A DNA stretch of 32,000 nucleotides from an uncultured Candidatus Saccharibacteria bacterium (lineage in GTDB: Bacteria; Patescibacteriota; UBA1384; XYA2-FULL-43-10; 1-14-0-10-43-13): contig CAZIYE010000001.1 of the NCBI GenBank assembly GCA_964543385.1, forward strand, positions 480,001 through 512,000, read 5' to 3'. The notes beneath the pieces are model-generated. The model searched no databases. It was not told the DNA's origin and saw only the letters and a list, made by a program, of their open reading frames with translations. A program made the position numbers and the translations under genes. Positions 1 through 7,753 of this stretch are shown piece after piece (the stretch's first letter is position 1; every line of letters begins with the position of its first letter).

Positions 1-1
1 A

Positions 2-241
2 GTTCATACATCAATAAAAGCTTCTGGTGATGTAGATTTTGGAGACAGAAATACCAATAGCCCTGAAAAAGTTTCTCTTGCCACTGCAAAATCTCTGGTT
101 AAAGGAAGGGACCCGGTAGAATTTGATAGGATCATAAGACAGAGCATAGCCGCAGTCAATCAAGGGGATCAAGATCTACAATCAGCGCTAGACACAGCAG
201 CAAGAGACATTACAGATATTCTTCGTAAAGAAAATTGGTAA
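2..241 (+). CDS. 3' end of a truncated hypothetical protein (79 aa visible, ...ITDILRKENW*)
   Basis: Open frame from the window edge to TAA at 239-241, directly upstream of the pilin-like genes; not in the ORF track because the start lies outside. Confidence 0.55.
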   Translation, partial: VHTSIKASGDVDFGDRNTNSPEKVSLATAKSLVKGRDPVEFDRIIRQSIAAVNQGDQDLQSALDTAARDITDILRKENW

Positions 242-247
242 AAACTG

Positions 248-658
248 ATGGGTAAAGAAATGTCAAAAAATAAAAAGACGAATCATCGCCTTAAAATTAT
301 AACCATGTTTATAATTGCGGCTTTCTTAATTTCGATAGCTCTTGTCTTTTTATTTCCTGAGTTTGAAGCGAGTAGCAGTGATGTTTTACCTTCTGGGATT
401 GATCTGGGTGCTCCTATTCCAGGCTCTGGAGCAACTAGCAATTTCTTTGAATATGTTACTGCTATAGTTGCATTCTGTACTAATATTCTTGGGCCAGTAC
501 TCGCGATAGCAATGATTATTTATGGAGGATATCGATACATCTTCTCCCAAGGAGATAGCACCGCCTTGACAGAAGGAAAAGACATTATCTTCGGCGCTAT
601 TATTGGCTATGCGATTCTTTTTCTGACAAAACTCATAATAAATATTATTGGGGTTTAA
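248..658 (+). CDS. VirB2/TrbC (T4SS pilin)-like small membrane protein 1; alternative ATG at 260
   Basis: N-terminal hydrophobic signal/TM, then two hydrophobic helices around a YGGYRYIFSQGD...EGKD loop, shared with the next four ORFs. Confidence 0.75.
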   Translation: MGKEMSKNKKTNHRLKIITMFIIAAFLISIALVFLFPEFEASSSDVLPSGIDLGAPIPGSGATSNFFEYVTAIVAFCTNILGPVLAIAMIIYGGYRYIFSQGDSTALTEGKDIIFGAIIGYAILFLTKLIINIIGV

Positions 659-666
659 CTATATTA

Positions 667-1029
667 ATGAAAAAAGTTATTATTGAAAAAATATACTATG
701 CCTCGTTACTAACAATAGTAATACTAGCGTCTTTTTCAACTGCAAAGGCTGCCACAGGCATCGAGATTAATAGTGGATCGAGCATGGATAGCCTGCCCGC
801 TATATTAGAATGGCTTATAAATGTATTTTTAGTTGGAATTTTAGGAATAATTGCCTTTGTTGCATTCCTTGTTGGAGGATTTATGTATCTTCTAGCTGGT
901 TCAGACGCTGCTAAAGCCGAAAAAGGGAAGAAGACTTTAGCTTATGCTGTCACAGGCATGATTTTAGCAATTTTCTCTTATTCTTTCACTTCCATAATAG
1001 TAGATATTTTGAATAATATTTTCCAATGA
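667..1029 (+). CDS. VirB2/TrbC-like small membrane protein 2
   Basis: Signal peptide-like N-terminus, two TMs around VGGFMYLLAGSDAAKAEKGKK. Confidence 0.75.
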   Translation: MKKVIIEKIYYASLLTIVILASFSTAKAATGIEINSGSSMDSLPAILEWLINVFLVGILGIIAFVAFLVGGFMYLLAGSDAAKAEKGKKTLAYAVTGMILAIFSYSFTSIIVDILNNIFQ

Positions 1030-1364
1030 TCAAATTAATAGAAAAAGTAAGTGCAGAAGTAAAAGTTAATTCCGATCCCATGCCAGATGGGATACTTGGT
1101 TTTGTCCGTCAATTTGGTGGTACAGAGGCAAGCTTGGGTTCCGTAGTAGCAATGATAGAGAAAGCGATTGAAGTAGGGCTCACTTTTGCCGGTGTCTTTG
1201 CTTTAATAATGTTTTTGTGGGGAGCATTCGACTATATGTTTTCTTTAGGTGATGACGAAAAAGTTAAAAAATCTAGCCAAACCATGCTTTGGTCATTCAT
1301 AGGTCTTGTAATTATTGCTGCTGCGCGTACAATATTAAATAGAGTAATTGATTTATTAAAATGA
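1026..1364 (+). CDS. VirB2/TrbC-like small membrane protein 3
   Basis: ATGA overlap with the upstream gene; two TMs around WGAFDYMFSLGDDEKVKKSSQ. Confidence 0.75.
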   Translation: MIKLIEKVSAEVKVNSDPMPDGILGFVRQFGGTEASLGSVVAMIEKAIEVGLTFAGVFALIMFLWGAFDYMFSLGDDEKVKKSSQTMLWSFIGLVIIAAARTILNRVIDLLK

Positions 1365-1374
1365 GGAGGTGTTA

Positions 1375-1695
1375 ATGAGTTTTATTATCAAAGCATTGGC
1401 AGCCAATGATGATGTGAATACTGACAATCTTGGCCTTCAGCTCGTTGGTGGTGCTAGTGATATCCAGGGGTTGATAACGGCAGTTTTGCCATGGGTAAGT
1501 TTAGCAGCAGGTGTAATTGCATTTGCTTATCTAATTTATTCAGGCTTCCTTTATCTTTCAGCCGGTGGTAATGCCGAGTCTGCAAAGAAGGGCCAACAAG
1601 GAATTCTAAATGCAATTATTGGTTTGATTATTATTGCATTGGCCTACACTATCACCACTGCTCTGGTTGGAACATTCAATAATACCACCAGTTAA
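1375..1695 (+). CDS. VirB2/TrbC-like small membrane protein 4 (ORF track start 1369)
   Basis: Two TMs around YSGFLYLSAGGNAESAKKGQQGILNAIIGLIIIALAY; an RBS-like GGAGG precedes the start. Confidence 0.78.
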   Translation: MSFIIKALAANDDVNTDNLGLQLVGGASDIQGLITAVLPWVSLAAGVIAFAYLIYSGFLYLSAGGNAESAKKGQQGILNAIIGLIIIALAYTITTALVGTFNNTTS

Positions 1696-1715
1696 TTCTA
1701 GCCATAAAGTCTTAC

Positions 1716-1752
1716 AAAAAGCCCTTAAGTAGTGATGCTAAGGGGCTTTTTT
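1716..1752 (+). terminator. Rho-independent terminator after pilin-like gene 4
   Basis: AAAAAGCCC-TTAAG ... CTAAGGGGCTTTTTT hairpin with T tract. Confidence 0.85.
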
Positions 1753-1815
1753 AGTAGAAGTTGGCAATATAGCTAATGAATAAATAGTCAGGAGTTTTAA
1801 AATAAAAACAAACAT

Positions 1816-2115
1816 ATGATCACTGCCGAAAATATAAAAAATTTGTTTGTCCCAATAATAAATCAGACTGTGACCGCGGAACAGCTTGTAGCTTCAATAG
1901 CCAATATTGCTGCTTCTGTTGCTGGTATAATAGCCTTCTTTTATCTTTTATATGCCGGACTATTATATATAACTTCTGGTAATAATCCAGATCAAGCAAA
2001 AAGAGCCCAGGCAGCTATTGCAAATGTTATTATAGGAATTATTGTTATTGCGCTATCTTATCTTGTGATTAGAGTTATAGGTAATTTTGCAATAACGATA
2101 ATTCAACCTAAATAG
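1816..2115 (+). CDS. VirB2/TrbC-like small membrane protein 5
   Basis: Two TMs around YAGLLYITSGNNPDQAKRAQAAIANVIIGIIVIALSY; lies downstream of the terminator, so probably a separate transcript. Confidence 0.78.
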   Translation: MITAENIKNLFVPIINQTVTAEQLVASIANIAASVAGIIAFFYLLYAGLLYITSGNNPDQAKRAQAAIANVIIGIIVIALSYLVIRVIGNFAITIIQPK

Positions 2116-2117
2116 AA

Positions 2118-3764
2118 TTATGATTTGGTTACTCTCCAAACTTCTTCAATAGTAGTAGAGCCGGAAAGAGCTTTTATTAGACCATCTTGCTCCATTGTTA
2201 TAATCCCTGTTTTGGCTGCACATTTTTCAAACTCTGATATAGAAGCGCTTGCAGCTATCAACTTTTCTATCTCTTCATTTGGTACTAAAATTTCCACCAT
2301 GACTTGGCGGCCAGAGAACCCGGTTGTATTACACCTTTCGCATCCCTTGCCTCTGATCAATTTGACGTATTTATGGCTAATAAGTTCTAAAATATTTTTA
2401 GGAAGTCTATCAGAGATTCTGCTTAATGTTTCGACAACCGCTTGCCATGTCTGAGGCGCTGGAGAATATTCTTCCTTGCAATAAGGACAAATTTTTCTAA
2501 TTAAACGCTGTGCCATAATAAGATTGATTGATCCTGATAATAAGAATGGTTTTACTCCTATTTCAAGTAATCTTGCAAAAACTGAAGGCGCTGAATTCGC
2601 ATGAATTGTAGATAAAAGCAAATGACCAGTTAAGGCAGCTTGTACAGCAATTTCTGCCGTTTCTTGGTCGCGTATCTCTCCGACCATTAAAATGTCAGGA
2701 TCTTGGCGCAAGGAGGCTCGTAGACCATCTGCAAATTCATATCCTTGATTTGGACGGACCTGACTTTGCTCTATTCCCTCAATTTTGTATTCTACGGGAT
2801 CTTCTAAAGTAATGATTTTAACCCCTGGCTTCTTTACCTCCATTAAAAAAGCATACAAAGTTGATGATTTACCGCTACCAGTCGGTCCAGAAGTCATAAT
2901 CATGCCATGAGGCTTAGATATGGCCTCCTTTATTGCTGCTAATGCGTCAGGTCTGAATCCAAGATTATCTAGCCTGAGAATAGATTTCTCTTGACCCAAA
3001 AGACGTAATACTATAGATTCGCCATAAGCAGACGGCATGATAGAAACTCTAAAATCTATTTTTTCACTAGGAGAAGAAAAAGAGAATCTACCATCCTGAG
3101 GTTCATTAGATATATCCATTCGCAAGCTAGACAAGAATTTAATCCTTGAGACCAATTGCTTATGATATTGTAATGGCAAAACGACAACATCCTGTAGGAC
3201 GCCATCGATTCTAAATCTTACCAAGAACTCTGTTTCTGATGGTTCCAGATGTATATCAGAAGCGTTCAATTTCATAGCGCCAAGTAGGACAACATCTAAA
3301 AGTTTTGTCGTGTTGGCTTTCTTGGCAGCATCGGCAGCAGATTTAATATCTGTTACTTTAATATCGTCATATTCTTTTACTTTTTGTTGCTCTTTTTTCT
3401 CGACTTCAGCAATTTTACTTTTATCTGACTCGTAACATGAAATACCATAATAAAGACTGGTTTGAGACATTAATACCATTGTAATAGTTATCCCTGTTTT
3501 CTGTCCCAAAGCTTTCAGATATTGAGTCATTTCAGAATCGTCTGGATTCATCACTCCAATCTTTACCTCATTACCGGTTTTTAGATAGGGGACTACATGG
3601 TACCTTATAGCCATTTCTTCTGGAACAAGATCAAGGACATCTTTTACTATCGGATAGTTTGCTAAAGAGACATAAGACAAATTATGCTTTTTGGCACGCT
3701 CGATTGTGTGCTGTTCTTCTTGTTCTCTATTAAGATAATAAAGTGTGTCATTTATATCAGTCAT
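2118..3764 (-). CDS. PilB/GspE-family secretion/type IV pilus assembly ATPase
   Basis: Walker A GPTGSGKSSTLY, Asp box IITLEDPVEY, Walker B DPDILMVGEIRDQETAEIAVQAALTGH, His box LLSTIHANS, zinc-binding CPYC...CERC. Confidence 0.95.
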   Translation of the reverse strand: MTDINDTLYYLNREQEEQHTIERAKKHNLSYVSLANYPIVKDVLDLVPEEMAIRYHVVPYLKTGNEVKIGVMNPDDSEMTQYLKALGQKTGITITMVLMSQTSLYYGISCYESDKSKIAEVEKKEQQKVKEYDDIKVTDIKSAADAAKKANTTKLLDVVLLGAMKLNASDIHLEPSETEFLVRFRIDGVLQDVVVLPLQYHKQLVSRIKFLSSLRMDISNEPQDGRFSFSSPSEKIDFRVSIMPSAYGESIVLRLLGQEKSILRLDNLGFRPDALAAIKEAISKPHGMIMTSGPTGSGKSSTLYAFLMEVKKPGVKIITLEDPVEYKIEGIEQSQVRPNQGYEFADGLRASLRQDPDILMVGEIRDQETAEIAVQAALTGHLLLSTIHANSAPSVFARLLEIGVKPFLLSGSINLIMAQRLIRKICPYCKEEYSPAPQTWQAVVETLSRISDRLPKNILELISHKYVKLIRGKGCERCNTTGFSGRQVMVEILVPNEEIEKLIAASASISEFEKCAAKTGIITMEQDGLIKALSGSTTIEEVWRVTKS

Positions 3765-3864
3765 ATTCTCCTATTTGATAATTATTTGTATTTTAAGTAT
3801 AGCAAAATTCAAGTTTTACATAAAAGATGGATTTTGGAGTTCAATTTTGCTATATTCTACGAGT

Positions 3865-3954
3865 GGAAGGTTGGCAGAGTGGTTTATAGCGCTGGTCTCG
3901 AACACCAGTTGGGTAGCAATACCCTCAGAGGTTCAAATCCTCTACCTTCCGCCA
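3865..3954 (+). tRNA. tRNA-Ser(CGA), CCA encoded
   Basis: Acceptor GGAAGGT/ACCTTCC, anticodon stem CTGGT-CTCGAAC-ACCAG (anticodon CGA), long variable arm TGGGTAGCAATACCC, T arm CAGAGGTTCAAATCCTCTA, discriminator G then CCA. Confidence 0.95.
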
Positions 3955-3957
3955 AAA

Positions 3958-3985
3958 AAGACTTGAATTACTTCAAGTCTTTTTT
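3958..3985 (+). terminator. Terminator hairpin after tRNA-Ser, possibly bidirectional with yidC
   Basis: AAGACTTGAA-TTAC-TTCAAGTCTT followed by a T tract and preceded by an A tract. Confidence 0.85.
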
Positions 3986-4010
3986 AAATAATACAGAAAT
4001 TTCCAATGTC

Positions 4011-4892
4011 TTATTTTTTCTTTGTTCTCACAGTGACATTTACACCTAGCTTCTTTTCCTGTTTATCAAGCCTCTTATTCATCATATTTGTCATAAAATC
4101 CTTTTTATTAGGACTTTCAACCGCTTTTTTTACAACATCATTCTGGGCAGCAGCTAATTTTGGTTGTTCTGGTTTTGATGTTGCCCGCTGGACCATTATC
4201 TGTTTATTTACATACCATTGTTGACCTATACCAAAAACAGTAGTTGCAATCCAATAAATCACAAGAGCAGCTGGCATTGTACGACCAAAAAATACAGTGA
4301 TCAAGGGGGCAATAAACAACATTTGTTTTGTCATCATCGCTGTCGGATCGTTAGCTTCGGGCTTAACTATATTCTTTTGAGGCAACATTGTAAGGTATGA
4401 CAAACCAAATTGTAAAAGACCCGCAACAATCGGCAGAATCCAAGGATCAGGCTTAGTGATATCCATTCCAAAAAAGAATGTGTTTAACGTCTCTGGCCTT
4501 GGCAGAAATGAATAAAGATCTTTATAGCTACTTATATCTAAACCACTTTTAAAAACAGCAAAAAGAACCCAGATAATAGGAATTTGGATTAAAAGAGGTA
4601 GACAAGATCCAAAAGGGGAAAAACCCTCTTCTTTATACAAGGCCATTAAAGCCTTCGATTGCTCTTGCTGATCCTTTATTTCACTTCTAATTTTGTTAAT
4701 CTTCGGCTGCATCTCCAAGCTTCTTACTTGATGGTGAGCGGCCTTTATGGATGAAGGCAATAATATCAATCTAACTATAATAGTCAAAACTATAATAGCT
4801 AAAGCAATAGAATGGCCAGGAATAAGCCATGCTATAAAAATTAACAAATTAAAAAACGGCTGATATAAGACTGTGTGTATAAAAGCTTTCAT
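4011..4892 (-). CDS. yidC: YidC/Oxa1-family membrane protein insertase
   Basis: LTIIVRLILLPSSIKA, MQPKINKIRSEIKDQQEQSKALMALYKEEGFSPFGSCLPLLIQIPI; basic C-terminus; location in the rpmH-rnpA-yidD-yidC block. Confidence 0.95.
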   Translation of the reverse strand: MKAFIHTVLYQPFFNLLIFIAWLIPGHSIALAIIVLTIIVRLILLPSSIKAAHHQVRSLEMQPKINKIRSEIKDQQEQSKALMALYKEEGFSPFGSCLPLLIQIPIIWVLFAVFKSGLDISSYKDLYSFLPRPETLNTFFFGMDITKPDPWILPIVAGLLQFGLSYLTMLPQKNIVKPEANDPTAMMTKQMLFIAPLITVFFGRTMPAALVIYWIATTVFGIGQQWYVNKQIMVQRATSKPEQPKLAAAQNDVVKKAVESPNKKDFMTNMMNKRLDKQEKKLGVNVTVRTKKK

Positions 4893-4902
4893 ACTTTTTT
4901 AA

Positions 4903-4961
4903 AAATTAAGAATTAAGCATTAAAAACTGCTTATCAGCACTTAATGCTTAATTCTTGATTT
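4903..4961 (-). repeat. AT-rich inverted repeat (16-bp perfect arms, longer with a mismatch) between yidD and yidC
   Basis: AAGAATTAAGCATTAA (4908-4923) / TTAATGCTTAATTCTT (4941-4956) with a 17-nt loop. Confidence 0.8.
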
Positions 4962-4963
4962 GT

Positions 4964-5197
4964 TTATGCTGGGTCATGACCTCCCTTACTCCACGGATTA
5001 CATCTTAGCAATCTATAAGCTCCTTTGACAAGACCCTTGAGCACACCATATTTTATAATTGAATGTTTGCAATATTCAGAGCAGGTAGGATTATATTTAC
5101 AATAACCTCCAGGGTAATTACCCCTAAACCAACCATAGTCGGGAGAAAGGGTCCTTTGATATACCTCAATAATTTTAATTATTATCTTATTAATCAT
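4964..5197 (-). CDS. yidD: Membrane protein insertion efficiency factor YidD
   Basis: CKYNPTCSEYCKHSIIKYGVLKGLVKGAYRLLRCNPWSKGGHDP is diagnostic. Confidence 0.96.
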   Translation of the reverse strand: MINKIIIKIIEVYQRTLSPDYGWFRGNYPGGYCKYNPTCSEYCKHSIIKYGVLKGLVKGAYRLLRCNPWSKGGHDPA

Positions 5198-5538
5198 TTA
5201 TACACCTTCAACGATTCTATACCCGTCTGAAAATCCTTATTCATCAGGCTAATATCACAAGGGGAAGGATATCTCTCTCTAACAATTATAATTATATCGT
5301 GACCAGGCAAAATTTTATCCAAATGCTGTCGTGATATTGCTCGGAGACGTCTTTTGATTGCATTTCGCCTAGTAGAGCGTTTATCAATCTTATTACTAAT
5401 CACAAAACCAAAGCGCACAAAAGGAGCTTTACCTTTGAGTACACGAAAAAATAATCTTCCAGCCACGACATTTCGCGATAAAGAAAAAATCTTTTTAAAA
5501 TCCTTGTCTTTTTTTAATCTGTTTCTGTTATCAAGCAT
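5194..5538 (-). CDS. rnpA: Ribonuclease P protein component
   Basis: RFGFVISNKIDKRSTRRNAIKRRLRAISR RNR-type motif; position downstream of rpmH. Confidence 0.94.
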   Translation of the reverse strand: MLDNRNRLKKDKDFKKIFSLSRNVVAGRLFFRVLKGKAPFVRFGFVISNKIDKRSTRRNAIKRRLRAISRQHLDKILPGHDIIIIVRERYPSPCDISLMNKDFQTGIESLKVYK

Positions 5539-5601
5539 TGAACTTGATTATAACACAAAATAACTGTTTTTAACAAGTTCCTCTATTCTAGCCATATAAA
5601 T

Positions 5602-5626
5602 TTAAAAAAAGAGCCCGTAAGCTCTT
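5602..5626 (-). terminator. Probable terminator/attenuator between rpmH and rnpA
   Basis: AAGAGC-TTACGG-GCTCTT followed by a T tract on the minus strand. Confidence 0.6.
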
Positions 5627-5654
5627 CTATATAGAAGCTGTTAGATATAAAGAA

Positions 5655-5789
5655 TTAGACAGCTAGTATTTTTCTACCCTTGGTTCTGCGTCTTTTCAAA
5701 ACAGTCCTACCGTTTAGGGTGGACATTCTCTCTAAGAATCCATGGACTCTTTGTCTTCTTCTTTTGTTTGGTTGATAAGTTCTCTTCAT
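5655..5789 (-). CDS. rpmH: 50S ribosomal protein L34 (44 aa; missing from the supplied ORF track)
   Basis: Translation [44 protein letters not shown]. Confidence 0.97.
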   Translation of the reverse strand: MKRTYQPNKRRRQRVHGFLERMSTLNGRTVLKRRRTKGRKILAV

Positions 5790-5928
5790 AACTATAGTAG
5801 ACTTTAACACAAAAAAGCTCCAAAATCAAGGGTCATAGATTAGACAAATAAATAAAAAAACAAATGCTGTATTTTTCCCAATTTATATAGATTTAAAAAC
5901 AAGAAACCATGCTTCGAAATACGTTGTA

Positions 5929-5958
5929 TTGCATAGCTTGTGGATAACTTGTTATATT
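5929..5958 (+). promoter_or_regulatory. Candidate dnaA promoter with a DnaA box in the spacer
   Basis: TTGCAT - 18 nt - TATATT, with TGTGGATAA at 5939-5947 between the hexamers. Confidence 0.5.
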
Positions 5959-5991
5959 GTGCGATAGATAGAATTAAATATTATTACCACA

Positions 5992-7377
5992 ATGGATCTA
6001 ACAGAAGTCTGGCGTAATGCGCTTGGTGAGTTACAAGTAACCTTATCAAAAGCAAACTTTGAAACATGGTTTAAAAATACTTTTATTTTTGAATATAAAA
6101 AAGACATTTTCACTATTGGAGTACCAACTTTCTTCGTTGAAGATTGGCTTAAGAAAAAATATTTTAAAGATATTCATAAGGCACTTCAAAACCAAGTAGG
6201 GGAACCAATACAGCTAATAAAATTTAAAATAGCCACACCCAAAGACGACCAACTAGTGAGCTTCGATAAGGATAAGGTTATCCACAAGCCTGTGGATAAG
6301 CCGACAGTCATCGCAACGGAAATATTCCGACGTGTTTCCCAGAATCCAACCCTGAACGATAACTATATCTTTGATAATTTCATTGTCGGACCCTCAAATC
6401 AATTGGCATTCGCTGCAGCACAAGCAGTAGTGGATAAACCAGGAACTCAATACAATCCTCTTTTTATATATGGCGATTCTGGTCTTGGTAAAACTCACCT
6501 GATGCAAGCTATTGGTCATGCCTATCTAAATAGATATCCAGACAAACGTGTACTGTATGTTTCCACCGAAACTTTTGTCAATGATTTTATTCAAGCTGTT
6601 GGTTCTGGGTTTGGAAAAGCCAAGGACTTTAAGAATCTTTATCGCAATGTAGATCTACTTCTTATCGACGACATCCAGTTTTTATCAACAAAAGAACAAA
6701 CACAAGATGAGTTTTTTCATACTTTCAATCATCTGCACCAGAACAAAAAACAAGTCATCCTAACATCTGATAGAACACCTAAGGAAATTAAAGGACTGGA
6801 AGTAAGATTAAAAACCAGATTTGAAGGTGGTATGGTCACTGATATTGGACATCCAGATCTAGAAACAAGAGAGGCTATACTCAGACAAAAAGCATTAAAA
6901 ATGAATAAAAGTATCGAGGGAGATGTCCTAACATTTATTGCAGAACGGGTAAAATCTTCCATCCGAGAATTAGAGGGCTCGTTGAACAAAATTATTGCCA
7001 CTTGTGAACTCACAGGAGCCACACTAAGCAAAGAGAAGGCTGCGGAGATACTATCAAGTATTATCGAAGAAAAACAACAGTTTATAACCCCAGAATTAGT
7101 CATAAGAGAAGTACATAAATATTATAGAATACCGATAGAAGAATTATTAGGTAAAAAGAGAACCAAGGATTTAGTCATGCCAAGACAAATTACCATGTAT
7201 CTATTGAGACATGAATGTAGTTTGTCATACCCTGAGATAGGAAGGAAAATGGGGGGCAAAGATCATTCAACTATTATGCATGGATGCGAAAAGATAGAAA
7301 AAACCCTTTTTACAGATAATAAAATGAAAGAAAGTTTAGTGATTATTAAAGATCATATTTTCTCTGTATACAATTAA
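5992..7377 (+). CDS. dnaA: Chromosomal replication initiator DnaA
   Basis: YGDSGLGKTHLMQAIGH Walker A, LLIDDIQF Walker B, KDHSTIMHGCEKI DnaA signature. Confidence 0.98.
   Translation: MDLTEVWRNALGELQVTLSKANFETWFKNTFIFEYKKDIFTIGVPTFFVEDWLKKKYFKDIHKALQNQVGEPIQLIKFKIATPKDDQLVSFDKDKVIHKPVDKPTVIATEIFRRVSQNPTLNDNYIFDNFIVGPSNQLAFAAAQAVVDKPGTQYNPLFIYGDSGLGKTHLMQAIGHAYLNRYPDKRVLYVSTETFVNDFIQAVGSGFGKAKDFKNLYRNVDLLLIDDIQFLSTKEQTQDEFFHTFNHLHQNKKQVILTSDRTPKEIKGLEVRLKTRFEGGMVTDIGHPDLETREAILRQKALKMNKSIEGDVLTFIAERVKSSIRELEGSLNKIIATCELTGATLSKEKAAEILSSIIEEKQQFITPELVIREVHKYYRIPIEELLGKKRTKDLVMPRQITMYLLRHECSLSYPEIGRKMGGKDHSTIMHGCEKIEKTLFTDNKMKESLVIIKDHIFSVYN
6278..6299. promoter_or_regulatory. Two consensus DnaA boxes in convergent orientation inside dnaA
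   Basis: TTATCCACA (6278-6286) and TGTGGATAA (6291-6299) separated by 4 nt. Confidence 0.7.
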
Positions 7378-7753
7378 ATATTTGCTATATAAATAAATAG
7401 TTAATATAGATATTAGTAGTAATAAGGGCTGTGGATAGTGTTGATAAGTAAAAAAAAGATTGCCAGGAGACAATAATTAGTAAAAAGTTATGTGGAAAAA
7501 CCTGTACACTTGATTGCCTATAACTTGTTGATAACAAAATATAATTACTAAATACTGGAAAATCTTAAAAATTATAAACAGTTTTATGCAACTTATAAAC
7601 AAAGAAAAACTTAAAATTACCATTAATCCACAGATAAAAATTGTGTAATAAAAAAGATAGTCTGGCAAATGATTAATTAAAAGGTAAATATTATAATAAT
7701 CCACAACTTGTAAGAATCCTGTGGAAAAGATCATTAAATTAGAAAGGATAATA
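7378..7753. other. Probable oriC (dnaA-dnaN intergenic region)
   Basis: AT-rich 376-bp gap with several DnaA-box-like sites: TGTGGATAG 7430, TGTTGATAA 7439, TGTGGAAAA ~7491, TGTTGATAA 7526, TAATCCACA 7624 and 7697, TGTGGAAAA 7720. Confidence 0.8.

Noticed and set aside
2125-2454. Plus-strand ORF antisense to the PilB/GspE ATPase
   Set aside because: It is fully embedded opposite a clear ATPase C-terminal coding region.
3684-4224. Plus-strand ORFs 3684..4049, 3745..3966 and 4006..4224
   Set aside because: They overlap the tRNA-Ser gene or run antisense to yidC and have no recognisable protein features.
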